Shown here in pieces: positions 62,088 through 64,000 of a DNA stretch of 64,000 bases. The stretch's first letter is position 1. Every line of letters starts with the position of its first letter. The notes under the pieces were generated by a model that was not told the DNA's origin, did no database searches, and saw nothing but the letters and a program-made list of their open reading frames with translations. The stretch spans positions 4,471,404 through 4,535,403 of the forward strand of contig CAJFCJ010000007.1 of assembly GCA_904063045.1 (NCBI GenBank). The letters are read 5' to 3'. Position numbers and translations under genes: made by a program. Origin of the DNA: Dimorphilus gyrociliatus (Eukaryota > Animalia > Annelida).

Positions 62088-62751
62088 TAGATTATATTAA
62101 TTTGTATACAATAAACTGTATAAACTGTAAAAAATACACATCCTACAGTAAATATATACAGTATATATGTATATATATTTATAAATATGTTGCCAAATTT
62201 GCGAACCAAATGAAAGATAATAGACTAATTAATTCTAATAATTTAAATAATGAATTATTAATAATAACAATAATAGAAGACAACAAAACTGTATATATAT
62301 ATATATATATACTGAATATACAGCATATATTATATATGTTTCCTTTTCTAGTTACATTAATAAAATATTCAAAACATATCAATGTATTTCTCTTGTAAAT
62401 TGAAGGAACAACTAAGGAAGATTAAATGTATTATTATTTTTTATTGTTTTTATGTTAATAGTATAGAATAGGATTAATTAAATTTAACTATTTAAAACTA
62501 AATAGTTAAAGAGTTAATAGCTTATTTAAAAAAAAATAAAAAAGAAATAATCTTTTCTGTATGTATTTTAGCGTAATTTAGATATTTATGATTGTCTAAT
62601 TTTCTGTAATTTACATTGTTATTTCGGAAATAGCTCATTTTCTATGAGGATTATATAAACTTCGAATCATGGAAAAGTTATTTCAAATAACTCTTAGCTT
62701 TCTTTCTCTTATAATTCATTGTTTTGAATTGAAAAAAGAAGACAAATTATT

Positions 62752-63153
62752 ATGAAAAAGTCGATTATTTTACTTGTTTGCCTTGTAGCCATGTCGGTAA
62801 GTTTCTTACAAATTAATGTTTGAATATAAAGAAATAAATAAATATATTAATATTTTTAGATGGCTTTAAAAAGGAGCGATAATAAGAGATCAAGATCTCT
62901 ATTAAGAAGATTTTTAACAAATAGCAACAATCTTGCAAAGAGAGCTGAATGCAGTGACGATTATGATTGTTTTTCTGAAGCTGACGATGAGTGGTCATAT
63001 TGCGGTGATAATGGACAGTGCGTTAACGTCTCTGTTAATGGCTCCGAAGAACATTCTGCTTGTGAAAGTGATGATGAATGCTTTAGCGAATTAGCTAATG
63101 TTTGGGCTTATTGCGGAGAAAATGGTCGTTGTGTTTATACCGAAGAATCATAA
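62752..63153 (+). CDS. Secreted prepropeptide (112 aa) with two acidic 4-Cys repeats, 2 exons (62752-62796, 62860-63153)
   Basis: Signal MKKSIILLVCLVAMS, donor tcg|gtaagt and acceptor tttttag|atg (phase 0). A basic pro-region ends LAKR, followed by two C-x5-C-x10-C-x5-C units. Confidence 0.8.
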
Positions 63154-63291
63154 CGTTGATCTTATAAACAAAATATAAGTATAAATTTGAATAGTTCTAT
63201 GAAATATAATAGAGTTTTAGTTTAGAAACTGATTAAATATATTATCAAAGCGAAATAGTACTACTGTTACTTTGGTCTACAGGATTTATAA

Positions 63292-64000
63292 TCAGAGATT
63301 ATCTGATTTATTAGTGTTTGCCTTCATTCTTTCATTCATTTCGTGCTTTTCTTCTTCAATATCTTTGAATGAACACTTAAAAATCGACCAGGCAGTCTGC
63401 CTTGATTTACGCTTTTCCTCTTCATTTAAACTGTAAGGCATATGGAGGATATCTTCGATCGTTGACGGCAACTCTCTTCCCATAGTTTCTGGTAGGAGAA
63501 GAACAAAGAACCCCGCTGACAGGCTAACAAATCCAAAAATAGTCGTGGGTATCCAATACTTTGTTATGTCTAGATTCGACTGTTGTATATTAGATAGAAA
63601 AAAATCAGAATAATAGATATTATTGTATTTGCTTCTATTTAACAACTAATTACCGATAGTAAGGAGAGAGGAGATAATACTGCTCCAATATTACCTACAC
63701 CAGCTACAATACCTATTCCAGTTGATCTCATAAATGTAGGAAAGATCTCTTGAACATAGACAAGTATTACGCAACATGCAGACGTAATACATAATTTACC
63801 CAAGATTGTAAAGGCAGTTACACACAGGAATTTATTTTCTGTACCAATAATAGTTTCCAGTTGAGTAACCGTATTAAAGATAACAGCGATAAAGAGAAAG
63901 ATAGATGACGTAAAAAAGAACGTCATAATTGGATATCGTCTACCGTATATACTAACGGCAATAACCGCCATAGCTACACTGATTACCTCTACGATGGTTA
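63292..64000 (-). CDS. SLC22/organic cation transporter-like MFS protein, 3' part (gene continues beyond the window)
   Basis: YGRRYP, GKLCITSA...VYVQEIFPTFMRSTGIG and LLLPETMGRELPSTIED. Confidence 0.85.

Overview
AT-rich eukaryotic (animal) genomic DNA with spliceosomal GT-AG introns, many only about 50-70 nt long. The compact gene content looks lophotrochozoan/annelid-like; that is an inference and no species is assigned. Left to right: a claudin/PMP22-like gene; a two-exon neuropeptide-like precursor ending FGL-G-K-stop; a TRIM9/67-like E3 ligase apparently lacking its SPRY domain; orphan Cys-rich and TM ORFs; an allatostatin-A/galanin/kisspeptin-clade GPCR; Nup98-Nup96; a near-identical 1531-bp duplication of a C-type-lectin/PAN gene that flanks a dead Tc1 transposon and a MAP9-like gene; TMEM53; a spliced, signal-peptide-bearing homologue of the bacterial T6SS amidase effector Tae4 with both catalytic residues replaced; a Rubicon/Pacer-like RH-domain gene; an intronless LicD-family gene with an altered DxD motif; two diverged NRF-6-like acyltransferase genes separated by a gag-only BEL/Pao LTR relic; a secreted acidic two-repeat Cys-rich propeptide; and the 3' end of an SLC22-like transporter. 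Top candidates for new biology are the catalytically dead domesticated Tae4 (Dae4-like) gene, the FGL-amide precursor lying about 12 kb from an AstA-type receptor, and the toxin-like Cys-repeat propeptide. Family assignments come from recalled motifs, not database searches. No rRNA, tRNA or CRISPR array was recognised.
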